Assembly (NCBI GenBank): GCA_964016885.1
Contig: OZ024741.1
Coordinates: 114,948,001 to 115,012,000, forward strand
Direction: 5' to 3'
Length of the DNA: 64,000 nucleotides
Origin: Eledone cirrhosa
Taxonomy: Eukaryota
Part shown: piece by piece, positions 14,732 through 27,798 of the stretch
How the letters are laid out: every line of letters begins with the position of its first letter
How positions within the stretch are numbered: position 1 is the first letter of the stretch
Notes under the pieces: generated by a model
What the model was told of the DNA's origin: nothing
Seen by the model: the letters and a program-made list of their open reading frames with translations, nothing else
Database searches by the model: none
Translations under genes and position numbers: made by a program

Positions 14732-14766
14732 TATATATAGTTATATATATATATATATATATATAG

Positions 14767-14826
<60 letters not shown>

Positions 14827-14927
14827 AATATGGGAAGAAGGATACTGCGTGGTTGCACATGGATTACATATTATAAAATCAGTCCCTCATCAGTGATTTG
14901 CCAACCGTCATATATATATATATATAT

Positions 14928-15142
14928 AGTAAAAACCGCAGACCCTCCATCTCAACTTTACTTTTGAAAAGCAGAAGAACTGCGAAACCGGTAAAGGAAC
15001 CAAATAAATATATATATTTAAAAAAAAAATAAGACTCCAGTTGCATTTTCGATTTCATCTTTTTTTCTTTATACTTTCACTCGTGTAGGACACCTCGGTT
15101 ATTTTTAATTTTGTAAAAAAACCTCACTTTCCAATATAGTTG
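14928..15142 (+). repeat. solo Neptune-like pLTR fragment with U3-A8 HHR (14959-14998)
   Basis: CTT-TTGAAAA-GCAG AAGAA CTGC-GAAA-CCGG-TA-AAG. Confidence 0.8.
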
Positions 15143-15252
15143 TATATATATATATATAGTTATATATATAGTTATATATATATAGTTATATATATATATA
15201 TATTTATATATATTTATATATATAGTTATATATATATATAGTTATATATATA

Positions 15253-15295
<43 letters not shown>

Positions 15296-15326
15296 GTAAA
15301 TATATATACGGATACATTTTTTAATC

Positions 15327-15550
15327 ATACTCTTTTACTCTTTTACCTGTTTCAGCCATCCGGCTGAGGCCATGCCGGGGCACCGCCCTTGTTGCTACAC
15401 ATTTTATCTCCAGCCTGTATAGGTTGGCCACTGGTGTAGGAGGGAGTTTGTTGCTGCTGCCCTTAGGTTTCCCTCGTGTCTTGCTGTGGGCTCATCCGGG
15501 ATACTGGATAACATGGTGTCGAGATGTTTCTTAAAGACATCCACCTCCTC
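15327..15550 (-). mobile_element. 3' end of a CR1/L2-group LINE
   Basis: rc translates to VFKKHLDTMLSSIPDEPT..AATNSLLHQW, similar to the ORF2 C-terminus near 61215-61320; short (TACTCTTT)n tail; absent from the paralogous site near 2690. Confidence 0.75.
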
Positions 15551-15858
15551 GTCATGTATATTTTTATTTGTTTGACCCGAATTACTTGATCGTATTTTGT
15601 GGCTGTGCGAATGATTGTTTAAACATCGTCTCAGTGTGTTTGGTATTAAACGTTAGTTATAGCTCTGGTTCTTCTGAACCATTGAGCACGGTGACGCACA
15701 TTTCGGAGATTGTTTTTCGTTATTTCGTGGACCAAAGTTCCGTTTCTCGTTAATTATATTTGTTTTTATATATATATATATATAGTTATATATATATATA
15801 ATTATATATATATATAACTATATATATATATATAGTTATATATATATATATATATAAC

Positions 15859-15910
<52 letters not shown>

Positions 15911-16032
15911 TATATATAAGTTGTAATAAAATGAAAACGAAATTTCATTTCTCACTCTTAGTACGGCACTTACTTAAATGTAAGTATGTATGTATACGTA
16001 CATACATATATGTATACAGACGTACAGTAGCA

Positions 16033-16097
<65 letters not shown>

Positions 16098-16101
<4 letters not shown>

Positions 16102-16128
16102 GACGTAAAATAAGAAAATATTTTTTTA

Positions 16129-16164
<36 letters not shown>

Positions 16165-16703
16165 TTTTCTTACTTAAATTTTCACTCCAACTAATTAGTT
16201 TCTGCAATGGGATAAAGACAGTTATGTAATCCAACTGTCGAGAATTCATTGCGTCATCAGGAAGTCTATTCTCAGTTAAGTCTCCAGGCAATGCGCGGAC
16301 ACTGGCGGCTCATATAAAAATAATAATAATTCGGTAGATCGAACAGCTTGCGAGGACTGAATTCTATGTACCGAAATTCTCACTGCTTCAAGTCAAATGG
16401 CCGATTCTAAAGAATCAATCACGTGACACAGAGGCTAGTTAGAAGGAATGGGATGGTAAGATGACTGACGCCTACTAACACCCCAAAAAAAAAATTTTTT
16501 TAGAAGTGGTTTTGACAAGTTTGCTCGACAAATCAGTGATTTGGAGATAAATATAGATAATTTAATATATCAACTAACATAAGCGCACATATGCACGCCC
16601 ATGCCAGCAAATACACAGGTTATGTCATAGTACCTAGGTGGTTCAATGCAGGAGAATGCAGAACAATAATATAAAGGACGTAAAATAAGAAAATATTTTT
16701 TTA

Positions 16704-16735
<32 letters not shown>

Positions 16736-18157
16736 TGTTTTTCTTACTTAAATTTTCACTCCAACTAATTAGTTTCTGCAATGGGATAAAGACAGTTATG
16801 TAATCCAACTGTCGAGAATTCATTGCGTCATCAGGAAGTCTATTCTCAGTTAAGTCTCCAGGCAATGCGCGGACACTGGCGGCTCATATAAAAATAATAA
16901 TAATTCGGTAGATCGAACAGCTTGCGAGGACTGAATTCTATGTACCGAAATTCTCACTGCTTCAAGTCAAATGGCCGATTCTAAAGAATCAATCACGTGT
17001 TTTTTTTTTTTTTTTTATTTTTTTTTTTTTTTTTTAAATTTTTTTAAAAAAATATTTTCTTATTTTACGTCCTTTATATTATTGTTCTGCATTCTCCTGC
17101 ATTGAACCACCTAGGTACTATGACATAACCTGTGTATTTGCTGGCATGGGCGTGCATATGTGCGCTTATGTTAGTTGATATATTAAATTATCTATATTTA
17201 TCTCCAAATCACTGATTTGTCGAGCAAACTTGTCAAAACCACTTCTAAAAAAATTTTTTTTTGGGGTGTTAGTAGGCGTCAGTCATCTTACCATCCCATT
17301 CCTTCTAACTAGCCTCTGTGTCACGTGATTGATTCTTTAGAATCGGCCATTTGACTTGAAGCAGTGAGAATTTCGGTACATAGAATTCAGTCCTCGCAAG
17401 CTGTTCGATCTACCGAATTATTATTATTTTTATATGAGCCGCCAGTGTCCGCGCATTGCCTGGAGACTTAACTGAGAATAGACTTCCTGATGACGCAATG
17501 AATTCTCGACAGTTGGATTACATAACTGTCTTTATCCCATTGCAGAAACTAATTAGTTGGAGTGAAAATTTAAGTAAGAAAAACATTTTTTTTTTTTTTT
17601 TTTTTTAAATTTTTTTAAAAAAATATTTTCTTATTTTACGTCCTTTATATTATTGTTCTGCATTCTCCTGCATTGAACCACCTAGGTACTATGACATAAC
17701 CTGTGTATTTGCTGGCATGGGCGTGCATATGTGCGCTTATGTTAGTTGATATATTAAATTATCTATATTTATCTCCAAATCACTGATTTGTCGAGCAAAC
17801 TTGTCAAAACCACTTCTAAAAAAATTTTTTTTTTGGGGTGTTAGTAGGCGTCAGTCATCTTACCATCCCATTCCTTCTAACTAGCCTCTGTGTCACGTGA
17901 TTGATTCTTTAGAATCGGCCATTTGACTTGAAGCAGTGAGAATTTCGGTACATAGAATTCAGTCCTCGCAAGCTGTTCGATCTACCGAATTATTATTATT
18001 TTTATATGAGCCGCCAGTGTCCGCGCATTGCCTGGAGACTTAACTGAGAATAGACTTCCTGATGACGCAATGAATTCTCGACAGTTGGATTACATAACTG
18101 TCTTTATCCCATTGCAGAAACTAATTAGTTGGAGTGAAAATTTAAGTAAGAAAAACA

Positions 18158-18191
<34 letters not shown>

Positions 18192-20049
18192 TAAAAAAAT
18201 ATTTTCTTATTTTACGTCCTTTATATTATTGTTCTGCATTCTCCTGCATTGAACCACCTAGGTACTATGACATAACCTGTGTATTTGCTGGCATGGGCGT
18301 GCATATGTGCGCTTATGTTAGTTGATATATTAAATTATCTATATTTATCTCCAAATCACTGATTTGTCGAGCAAACTTGTCAAAACCACTTCTAAAAAAA
18401 TTTTTTTTTGGGGTGTTAGTAGGCGTCAGTCATCTTACCATCCCATTCCTTCTAACTAGCCTCTGTGTCACGTGATTGATTCTTTAGAATCGGCCATTTG
18501 ACTTGAAGCAGTGAGAATTTCGGTACATAGAATTCAGTCCTCGCAAGCTGTTCGATCTACCGAATTATTATTATTTTTATATGAGCCGCCAGTGTCCGCG
18601 CATTGCCTGGAGACTTAACTGAGAATAGACTTCCTGATGACGCAATGAATTCTCGACAGTTGGATTACATAACTGTCTTTATCCCATTGCAGAAACTAAT
18701 TAGTTGGAGTGAAAATTTAAGTAAGAAAAACATTTTTTTTTTTTTTTTTTTTTAAATTTTTTTAAAAAAATATTTTCTTATTTTACGTCCTTTATATTAT
18801 TGTTCTGCATTCTCCTGCATTGAACCACCTAGGTACTATGACATAACCTGTGTATTTGCTGGCATGGGCGTGCATATGTGCGCTTATGTTAGTTGATATA
18901 TTAAATTATCTATATTTATCTCCAAATCACTGATTTGTCGAGCAAACTTGTCAAAACCACTTCTAAAAAAATTTTTTTTTGGGGTGTTAGTAGGCGTCAG
19001 TCATCTTACCATCCCATTCCTTCTAACTAGCCTCTGTGTCACGTGATTGATTCTTTAGAATCGGCCATTTGACTTGAAGCAGTGAGAATTTCGGTACATA
19101 GAATTCAGTCCTCGCAAGCTGTTCGATCTACCGAATTATTATTATTTTTATATGAGCCGCCAGTGTCCGCGCATTGCCTGGAGACTTAACTGAGAATAGA
19201 CTTCCTGATGACGCAATGAATTCTCGACAGTTGGATTACATAACTGTCTTTATCCCATTGCAGAAACTAATTAGTTGGAGTGAAAATTTAAGTAAGAAAA
19301 ACATTTTTTTTTTTTTTTTTTTTAAATTTTTTTAAAAAAATATTTTCTTATTTTACGTCCTTTATATTATTGTTCTGCATTCTCCTGCATTGAACCACCT
19401 AGGTACTATGACATAACCTGTGTATTTGCTGGCATGGGCGTGCATATGTGCGCTTATGTTAGTTGATATATTAAATTATCTATATTTATCTCCAAATCAC
19501 TGATTTGTCGAGCAAACTTGTCAAAACCACTTCTAAAAAAATTTTTTTTTTGGGGTGTTAGTAGGCGTCAGTCATCTTACCATCCCATTCCTTCTAACTA
19601 GCCTCTGTGTCACGTGATTGATTCTTTAGAATCGGCCATTTGACTTGAAGCAGTGAGAATTTCGGTACATAGAATTCAGTCCTCGCAAGCTGTTCGATCT
19701 ACCGAATTATTATTATTTTTATATGAGCCGCCAGTGTCCGCGCATTGCCTGGAGACTTAACTGAGAATAGACTTCCTGATGACGCAATGAATTCTCGACA
19801 GTTGGATTACATAACTGTCTTTATCCCATTGCAGAAACTAATTAGTTGGAGTGAAAATTTAAGTAAGAAAAACATTTTTTTTTTTTTTTTTTTTAAATTT
19901 TTTTAAAAAAATATTTTCTTATTTTACGTCCTTTATATTATTGTTCTGCATTCTCCTGCATTGAACCACCTAGGTACTATGACATAACCTGTGTATTTGC
20001 TGGCATGGGCGTGCATATGTGCGCTTATGTTAGTTGATATATTAAATTA

Positions 20050-20056
<7 letters not shown>
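16098..20056. repeat. inverted tandem array of ~571-575 bp units, one HHR per unit (retrozyme-like)
   Basis: left arm 16098-16998 (HHR on - at 16184-16265, 16758-16839); right arm ~17000-20056 (HHR on + starting 17482, 18054, 18629, 19200, 19771); copies appear to differ only in homopolymer length. Confidence 0.93.
17482..17563 (+). ncRNA. type I hammerhead ribozyme (representative of 7 copies)
   Basis: ACTTC-CTGATGA-cGCAATG..GACAGTT/AACTGTC..CATTGCa-GAAA-CTAATTAG-TT-GGAGT. Confidence 0.88.
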
Positions 20057-20093
<37 letters not shown>

Positions 20094-20501
20094 CAGGTAC
20101 ACATACATATATGTACGTATCAGTTTAGCGGACGCTTATTATAGCGCCCGCTTTGTTCGTTTGTAAACAAACTGAACAGCCTGAATTTATGCCGTACGGT
20201 GTTAAGGCAACCACGTCACCTTTTTGTTCAACACTGACACAGGAACGATGTACTAGTTTAAAGCTTGTTAGCTATCATCAGCACCGTATACCCTTCTGCC
20301 AGTATATACTTTTCTCATGAAAATTAACGGCTGAGCAGCCTAATTTGCATATGGAGTGAGTTCGGCCAGGCGTACCGAGAACGATAAGTTGTAATAAAAT
20401 GAAAACGAAATTTCATTTCTCACCTCTTAGTACGGCACTTACTTAAATGTAAGTATCTATGTATACGTACATACATATATGTATACAGACGTACAGTAGC
20501 A

Positions 20502-20644
<143 letters not shown>

Positions 20645-20819
20645 CAGGTACACATACATATATGTACGTATCAGTTTAGCGGGCGCTTATTATAGCGCCC
20701 GCTTTGTTCGTTTGTAAACAAACTGAACAGCCTGAATTCATGCCGTACGGTGTTAAGGCAACCACGCTATAATAAGCGTCCGCTAAACTGATACGTACAT
20801 ATATGTATGTGTACCTGTA

Positions 20820-20869
<50 letters not shown>

Positions 20870-20919
20870 TGCTACTGTACGTCTGTATACATATATGTAT
20901 GTACGTATACATACATACT

Positions 20920-20970
<51 letters not shown>

Positions 20971-20974
<4 letters not shown>

Positions 20975-21420
20975 ACTAGAAATTGATTAACATATATATA
21001 AACATGAATAATCACAGGAGATAATTTTTACAAGTGTGTAACCACACATAGCTAGGTAGGTAACTAAATAAAGTTGACCAGAACTTCAATAATAGATACC
21101 TTATATACCATCCGATTAATTGGTGAAATATATATCTTTAATGGAATATATACAGGGAAGATTAATCATATTATAAGGTATCTATTTTTGAAGTTCTGGT
21201 CAACTTTATTTAGTTACCTACCTAGCTATGTGTGGTTACACACTTGTAAAAATTATCTCCTGTGATTATTCATCTTTATTTATATGTTAATCAATTTCTA
21301 GGTATTATAAAATGCTCGGACTTACTCGTTAGAATCTTAGAGCTTATTTTCCGGGTGATATGGCGCATGTCTTTCTGGCATGACACCCATAATTTTGATT
21401 TAGATTAAATTCATTTAATT
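20971..21420. repeat. non-coding repeat with internal inversion; same family as 36410-37056
   Basis: 20971-21098 is the reverse complement of ~21177-21307. Confidence 0.75.
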
Positions 21421-21434
21421 TATCTTAATTTTGG

Positions 21435-21685
<251 letters not shown>

Positions 21686-21704
21686 TATATATATATATAT
21701 ATAG

Positions 21705-21767
<63 letters not shown>

Positions 21768-21770
<3 letters not shown>

Positions 21771-22646
21771 AAACATAAATTATCGAGGTTCGCATTTCGG
21801 CCCACGAAATAACGAAAAACAACCTCTGAGATGTGCGGCAAGTGCTCAATGATTCAGATGAACCAGAGCTATAACAAACGTTAAAGGCCAAAGACACTGA
21901 GACGATGGTTAAACAATCATTCGCATAGCCAAAAAAATAAACGATCAAGTAATTCGGGTATTGAAAATTTACCCGGACCCCTGGAATGTTGGTCAAATCC
22001 AGTATGTGGGTTTCTGCAGCTCCTAAATCAAGTACCGTCCGCTTACATAAATAATGTCAGGCTTCTGGTAAGATGATTGAACAAGGAAGCCACTTTCTCA
22101 ACAGGTTTTAGTTCAATGTTAATACAAGGACTGACTATTGCTGACCCCACGTGGGGATCGGCAAGGGAGGCAACCCCTATATCAGGCGAATGAATTCAGT
22201 TGTGTATATTTTTGCAAGAATGCAAAAACATCACAAATCGAATAGAGTTCTCAACAGAAGGGTTAAAATTAACATAAGCTATTCATCAGTCAATAGAATC
22301 AACTAAAAAATCAAGAAAATTAACTAGAGTCTGCAGAATAATACAAACATAAATTATCGAGATTCGCATTTCGGCCCACGAAATAACGAAAAACAACCTC
22401 CGAGATGTGCAGCAAGTGCTCAATGATTCAGATGAACCAGAGCTAAAACAAACGTTAAAGGCCAAACACACTGAGACGATGGTTAAACAATCATTCGCAT
22501 AGCCATAAAAAAAAACGATCAAGTAATCCGGGTATTGAAAATTTACCCGGACCCCTGGAAGGTTGGTAAAATCCAGTATATGGGTTTCTGCGGCTCCTAC
22601 ATCAAGTACCGTCTGCTTACATAAATAATATCAGACTTCCGGTAAT
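21768..22646. repeat. ~1.5 copies of a ~574 bp non-coding unit
   Basis: 21771 repeats at 22345; flanked by (TA)n. Confidence 0.85.
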
Positions 22647-22662
22647 AGTTATATATATATAG

Positions 22663-22727
<65 letters not shown>

Positions 22728-22729
<2 letters not shown>

Positions 22730-23180
22730 TATTTATTAAAATAACAGATTAAAGTTTAAGCAAAGAATCGCTGCTTTCACCCTTAACGGGATGCACCACC
22801 TAAGAGAACATTAGTCTACGACCTCTTTTATACCATAAACGAGGTTCTGTCTTTGCGCGTAATTGTTTTTCACCGCTCCTATTAATGACGTATTATTCGT
22901 TTTTTCCCGTTCTTTGCCAGCGACCGTTACCACGAACCTAAGTATCGTCTTCCTGTCTTCCTCCGTTTGCAACGTTTTTTGAAATATCCAGTTCTGCGTT
23001 TACAGATTGACTTTGTTAGTTTCAGAAGATCCCGTTAAGGGTGAAAGCAGCGATTCTTTGCTTAAACTTTAATCTGTTATTTTAATAAATATTTGCTCTA
23101 CGGTTCTTATATATTTGATATATATTTTCCTTATCGAGCCCTCTTTGGATTTTAGCCTTCAATTTTATTATTATTATTAC
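22728..23180 (+). repeat. solo pLTR with short 5' inverted copy and variant HHR (23018-23068)
   Basis: 22730-22792 is the rc of 23029-23091; AGTTT-CAGAAGA-tCCC GTTAA GGGt-GAAA-GCAG..TTGC-TT-AAACT. Confidence 0.7.
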
Positions 23181-23182
23181 TA

Positions 23183-23240
<58 letters not shown>

Positions 23241-23246
23241 GTTATG

Positions 23247-23278
<32 letters not shown>

Positions 23279-23321
23279 TATAGTTATATATATATATATA
23301 TAGTTATATATATGTATATAT

Positions 23322-26300
23322 ATGTATACATATATGTATGTACGTATACATGCATACTTACATTTAAGTAAGTGCCATACTAAGAGTGAGAAATGAAATT
23401 TCGTTTTCATTTTGTTTCAATTTATCGTTTTCGGTATGCCTGACCGATTTAACTCACTCAATATGCAAATTAGGCTGCTCAGCCTTAATTTTCATAAGGA
23501 AAGTATATACTTTCGAACGTTCAACTATCTGGCAGATGGGTAAACGGTGCTGATGATAGCTAACAAGCTTGAAACTAGTACATCGTTCCTGTGTCAGTGT
23601 TGAACAAAAAGGTGACGTGGTTGCCTTAACACCGTATGGCATAAATTCAGGCTGTTCAGTTTGTTTACAAACGAACAAAGCGACGTTATAATAAGCGCCG
23701 CTAAACTGATACGTGCATATATGTATGTGTACCTGTATGCATATGTATGTATATATATATATATATATATGTGCATGCTACTGTACGTCTGTATACATAT
23801 ATGTATGTACGTATACATGCATACTTACATTTAAGTAAGTGCCATACTAAGAGTGAGAAATGAAATTTCGTTTTCATTTTGTTTCAATTTATCGTTTTCG
23901 GTATGCCTGACCGATTTAACTCACTCAATATGCAAATTAGGCTGCTCAGCCTTAATTTTCATAAGGAAAGTATATACTTTCGAACGTTCAACTATCTGGC
24001 AGATGGGTAAACGGTGCTGATGATAGCTAACAAGCTTGAAACTAGTACATCGTTCCTGTGTCAGTGTTGAACAAAAAGGTGACGTGGTTGCCTTAACACC
24101 GTATGGCATAAATTCAGGCTGTTCAGTTTGTTTACAAACGAACAAAGCGACGTTATAATAAGCGCCGCTAAACTGATACGTGCATATATGTATGTGTACC
24201 TGTATGCATATGTATGTATATATGTATATATATATATATATGTGCATGCTACTGTACGTCTGTATACATATATGTATGTACGTATCCATGCATACTTACA
24301 TTTAAGTAAGTGCCATACTAAGAGTGAGAAATGAAATTTCGTTTTCATTTTGTTTCAATTTATCGTTTTCGGTATGCCTGACCGATTTAACTCACTCAAT
24401 ATGCAAATTAGGCTGCTCAGCCTTAATTTTCATAAGGAAAGTATATACTTTCGAACGTTCAACTATCTGGCAGATGGGTAAACGGTGCTGATGATAGCTA
24501 ACAAGCTTGAAACTAGTACATCGTTCCTGTGTCAGTGTTGAATAAAAAGGTGACGTGGTTGCCTTAACACCGTATGGCATAAATTCAGGCTGTTCAGTTT
24601 GTTTACAAACGAACAAAGCGACGTTATAATAAGCGCCGCTAAACTGATACGTGCATATATGTATGTGTACCTGTATGCATATATATGTATATATGTATAT
24701 ATATATATATATGTGCATGCTACTGTACGTCTGTATACATATATGTATGTACGTATACATGCATACTTACTTTTAAGTAAGTGCCATACTAAGAGTGAGA
24801 AATGAAATTTCGTTTTCATTTTGTTTCAATTTATCGTTTTCGGTATGCCTGACCGATTTAACTCACTCAATATGCAAATTAGGCTGCTCAGCCTTAATTT
24901 TCATAAGGAAAGTATATACTTTCGAACGTTCAACTATCTGGCAGATGGGTAAACGGTGCTGATGATAACTAACAAGCTTGAAACTAGTACATCGTTCCTG
25001 TGTCAGTGTTGAACAAAAAAGTGACGTGGTTGCCTTAACACCGTATGGCATAAATTCAGGCTGTTCAGTTTGTTTACAAACGAACAAAGCGACGTTATAA
25101 TAAGCGCCACTAAACTGATACGTGCATATATGTATGTGTACCTGTATGCATATGTATGTATATATATATATATATATATGTGCATGCTACTGTACGTCTG
25201 TATACATATATGTATGTACGTATACATGCATACTTACATTTAAGTAAGTGCCATACTAAGAGTGAGAAATGAAATTTCGTTTTCATTTTGTTTCAATTTA
25301 TCGTTTTCGGTATGCCTGACCGATTTAACTCACTCAATATGCAAATTAGGCTGCTCAGCCTTAATTTTCATAAGGAAAGTATATACTTTCGAACGTTCAA
25401 CTATCTGGCAGATGGGTAAACGGTGCTGATGATAACTAACAAGCTTGAAACTAGTACATCGTTCCTGTGTCAGTGTTGAACAAAAAAGTGACGTGGTTGC
25501 CTTAACACCGTATGGCATAAATTCAGGCTGTTCAGTTTGTTTACAAACGAACAAAGCGACGTTATAATAAGCGCCACTAAACTGATACGTGCATATATGT
25601 ATGTGTACCTGTATGCATATGTATGTATATATATATATATATATATGTGCATGCTACTGTACGTCTGTATACATATATGTATGTACGTATACATGCATAC
25701 TTACATTTAAGTAAGTGCCATACTAAGAGTGAGAAATGAAATTTCGTTTTCATTTTGTTTCAATTTATCGTTTTCGGTATGCCTGACCGATTTAACTCAC
25801 TCAATATGCAAATTAGGCTGCTCAGCCTTAATTTTCATAAGGAAAGTATATACTTTCGAACGTTCAACTATCTGGCAGATGGGTAAACGGTGCTGATGAT
25901 AGCTAACAAGCTTGAAACTAGTACATCGTTCCTGTGTCAGTGTTGAACAAAAAGGTGACGTGGTTGCCTTAACACCGTATGGCATAAATTCAGGCTGTTC
26001 AGTTTGTTTACAAACGAACAAAGCGACGTTATAATAAGCGCCGCTAAACTGATACGTGCATATATGTATGTGTACCTGTATGCATATGTATGTATATATA
26101 TATATATATATATGTGCATGCTACTGTACGTCTGTATACATATATGTATGTACGTATACATGCATACTTACATTTAAGTAAGTGCCATACTAAGAGTGAG
26201 AAATGAAATTTCGTTTTCATTTTGTTTCAATTTATCGTTTTCGGTATGCCTGACCGATTTAACTCACTCAATATGCAAATTAGGCTGCTCAGCCTTAATT

Positions 26301-27181
26301 TTCATAAGGAAAGTATATACTTTCGAACGTTCAACTATCTGGCAGATGGGTAAACGGTGCTGATGATAGCTAACAAGCTTGAAACTAGTACATCGTTCCT
26401 GTGTCAGTGTTGAACAAAAAGGTGACGTGGTTGCCTTAACACCGTATGGCATAAATTCAGGCTGTTCAGTTTGTTTACAAACGAACAAAGCGACGTTATA
26501 ATAAGCGCCGCTAAACTGATACGTGCATATATGTATGTGTACCTGTATGCATATGTATGTATATATGTATATATATATATATATATGTGCATGCTACTGT
26601 ACGTCTGTATACATATATGTATGTACGTATCCATGCATACTTACATTTAAGTAAGTGCCATACTAAGAGTGAGAAATGAAATTTCGTTTTCATTTTGTTT
26701 CAATTTATCGTTTTCGGTATGCCTGACCGATTTAACTCACTCAATATGCAAATTAGGCTGCTCAGCCTTAATTTTCATAAGGAAAGTATATACTTTCGAA
26801 CGTTCAACTATCTGGCAGATGGGTAAACGGTGCTGATGATAGCTAACAAGCTTGAAACTAGTACATCGTTCCTGTGTCAGTGTTGAATAAAAAGGTGACG
26901 TGGTTGCCTTAACACCGTATGGCATAAATTCAGGCTGTTCAGTTTGTTTACAAACGAACAAAGCGACGTTATAATAAGCGCCGCTAAACTGATACGTGCA
27001 TATATGTATGTGTACCTGTATGCATATGTATGTATATATGTATATATATATATATATATGTGCATGCTACTGTACGTCTGTATACATATATGTATGTACG
27101 TATACATGCATACTTACATTTAAGTAAGTGCCATACTAAGAGTGAGAAATGAAATTTCGTTTTCATTTTGTTTCAATTTAT
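23322..27181 (+). repeat. tandem array of ~8.2 units of 467-473 bp, one minimal HHR per unit (retrozyme-like)
   Basis: HHRs start at 23543, 24010, 24481, 24952, 25419, 25886, 26353, 26826. Confidence 0.95.
23543..23587 (+). ncRNA. minimal type I hammerhead ribozyme (representative of 8 copies)
   Basis: AACGGTG-CTGATGA-tAGCT AACA AGCTt-GAAA-CTAG-TA-CATCGTT. Confidence 0.9.
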
Positions 27182-27229
27182 ATATATATACTTTTATATA
27201 TATATATATATATAGTTGTATATATATAG

Positions 27230-27264
<35 letters not shown>

Positions 27265-27275
27265 TATATATATAG

Positions 27276-27410
<135 letters not shown>

Positions 27411-27438
27411 TATATATATGTATATATATATATATATA

Positions 27439-27502
<64 letters not shown>

Positions 27503-27693
27503 TATATATATATATATAGTTATATATATATATATATATAGTTATATATATATATATATATATATATATGTAGGAGGTGAGTTTTATTGTAGTACAATAA
27601 AGCAATGCAGATATCGGATAAGAAGCACTCTACAGTTTGTGGGACTGGAGTATGCATAATATAAGATCTAAAGATGGTTAAAGGAGTTCCATA

Positions 27694-27763
27694 TATTTTA
27701 TTATGCGCATTTCAAAACAAACATCATCAAGCAATAATATTTGTGTTTTCATCAGATAAAACA
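27694..27763 (-). ncRNA. type I hammerhead ribozyme (inverted pLTR copy)
   Basis: rc of 30695-30765. Confidence 0.85.
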
Positions 27764-27798
27764 GGAGAACATGATATGAAGGCTAAAAAAATGAGATT

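Noticed and set aside
14822-14910. Orphan HHR-like cores (also 2466-2520 on -, 50968-50986 on +)
   Set aside because: Core present but GAAA/stem III/stem I missing or truncated; cannot be called
23454-27166. Repeated 60-122 aa ORFs in the 470-bp array
   Set aside because: Mostly antisense to the HHR, frames change with microsatellite length, no recognisable domain
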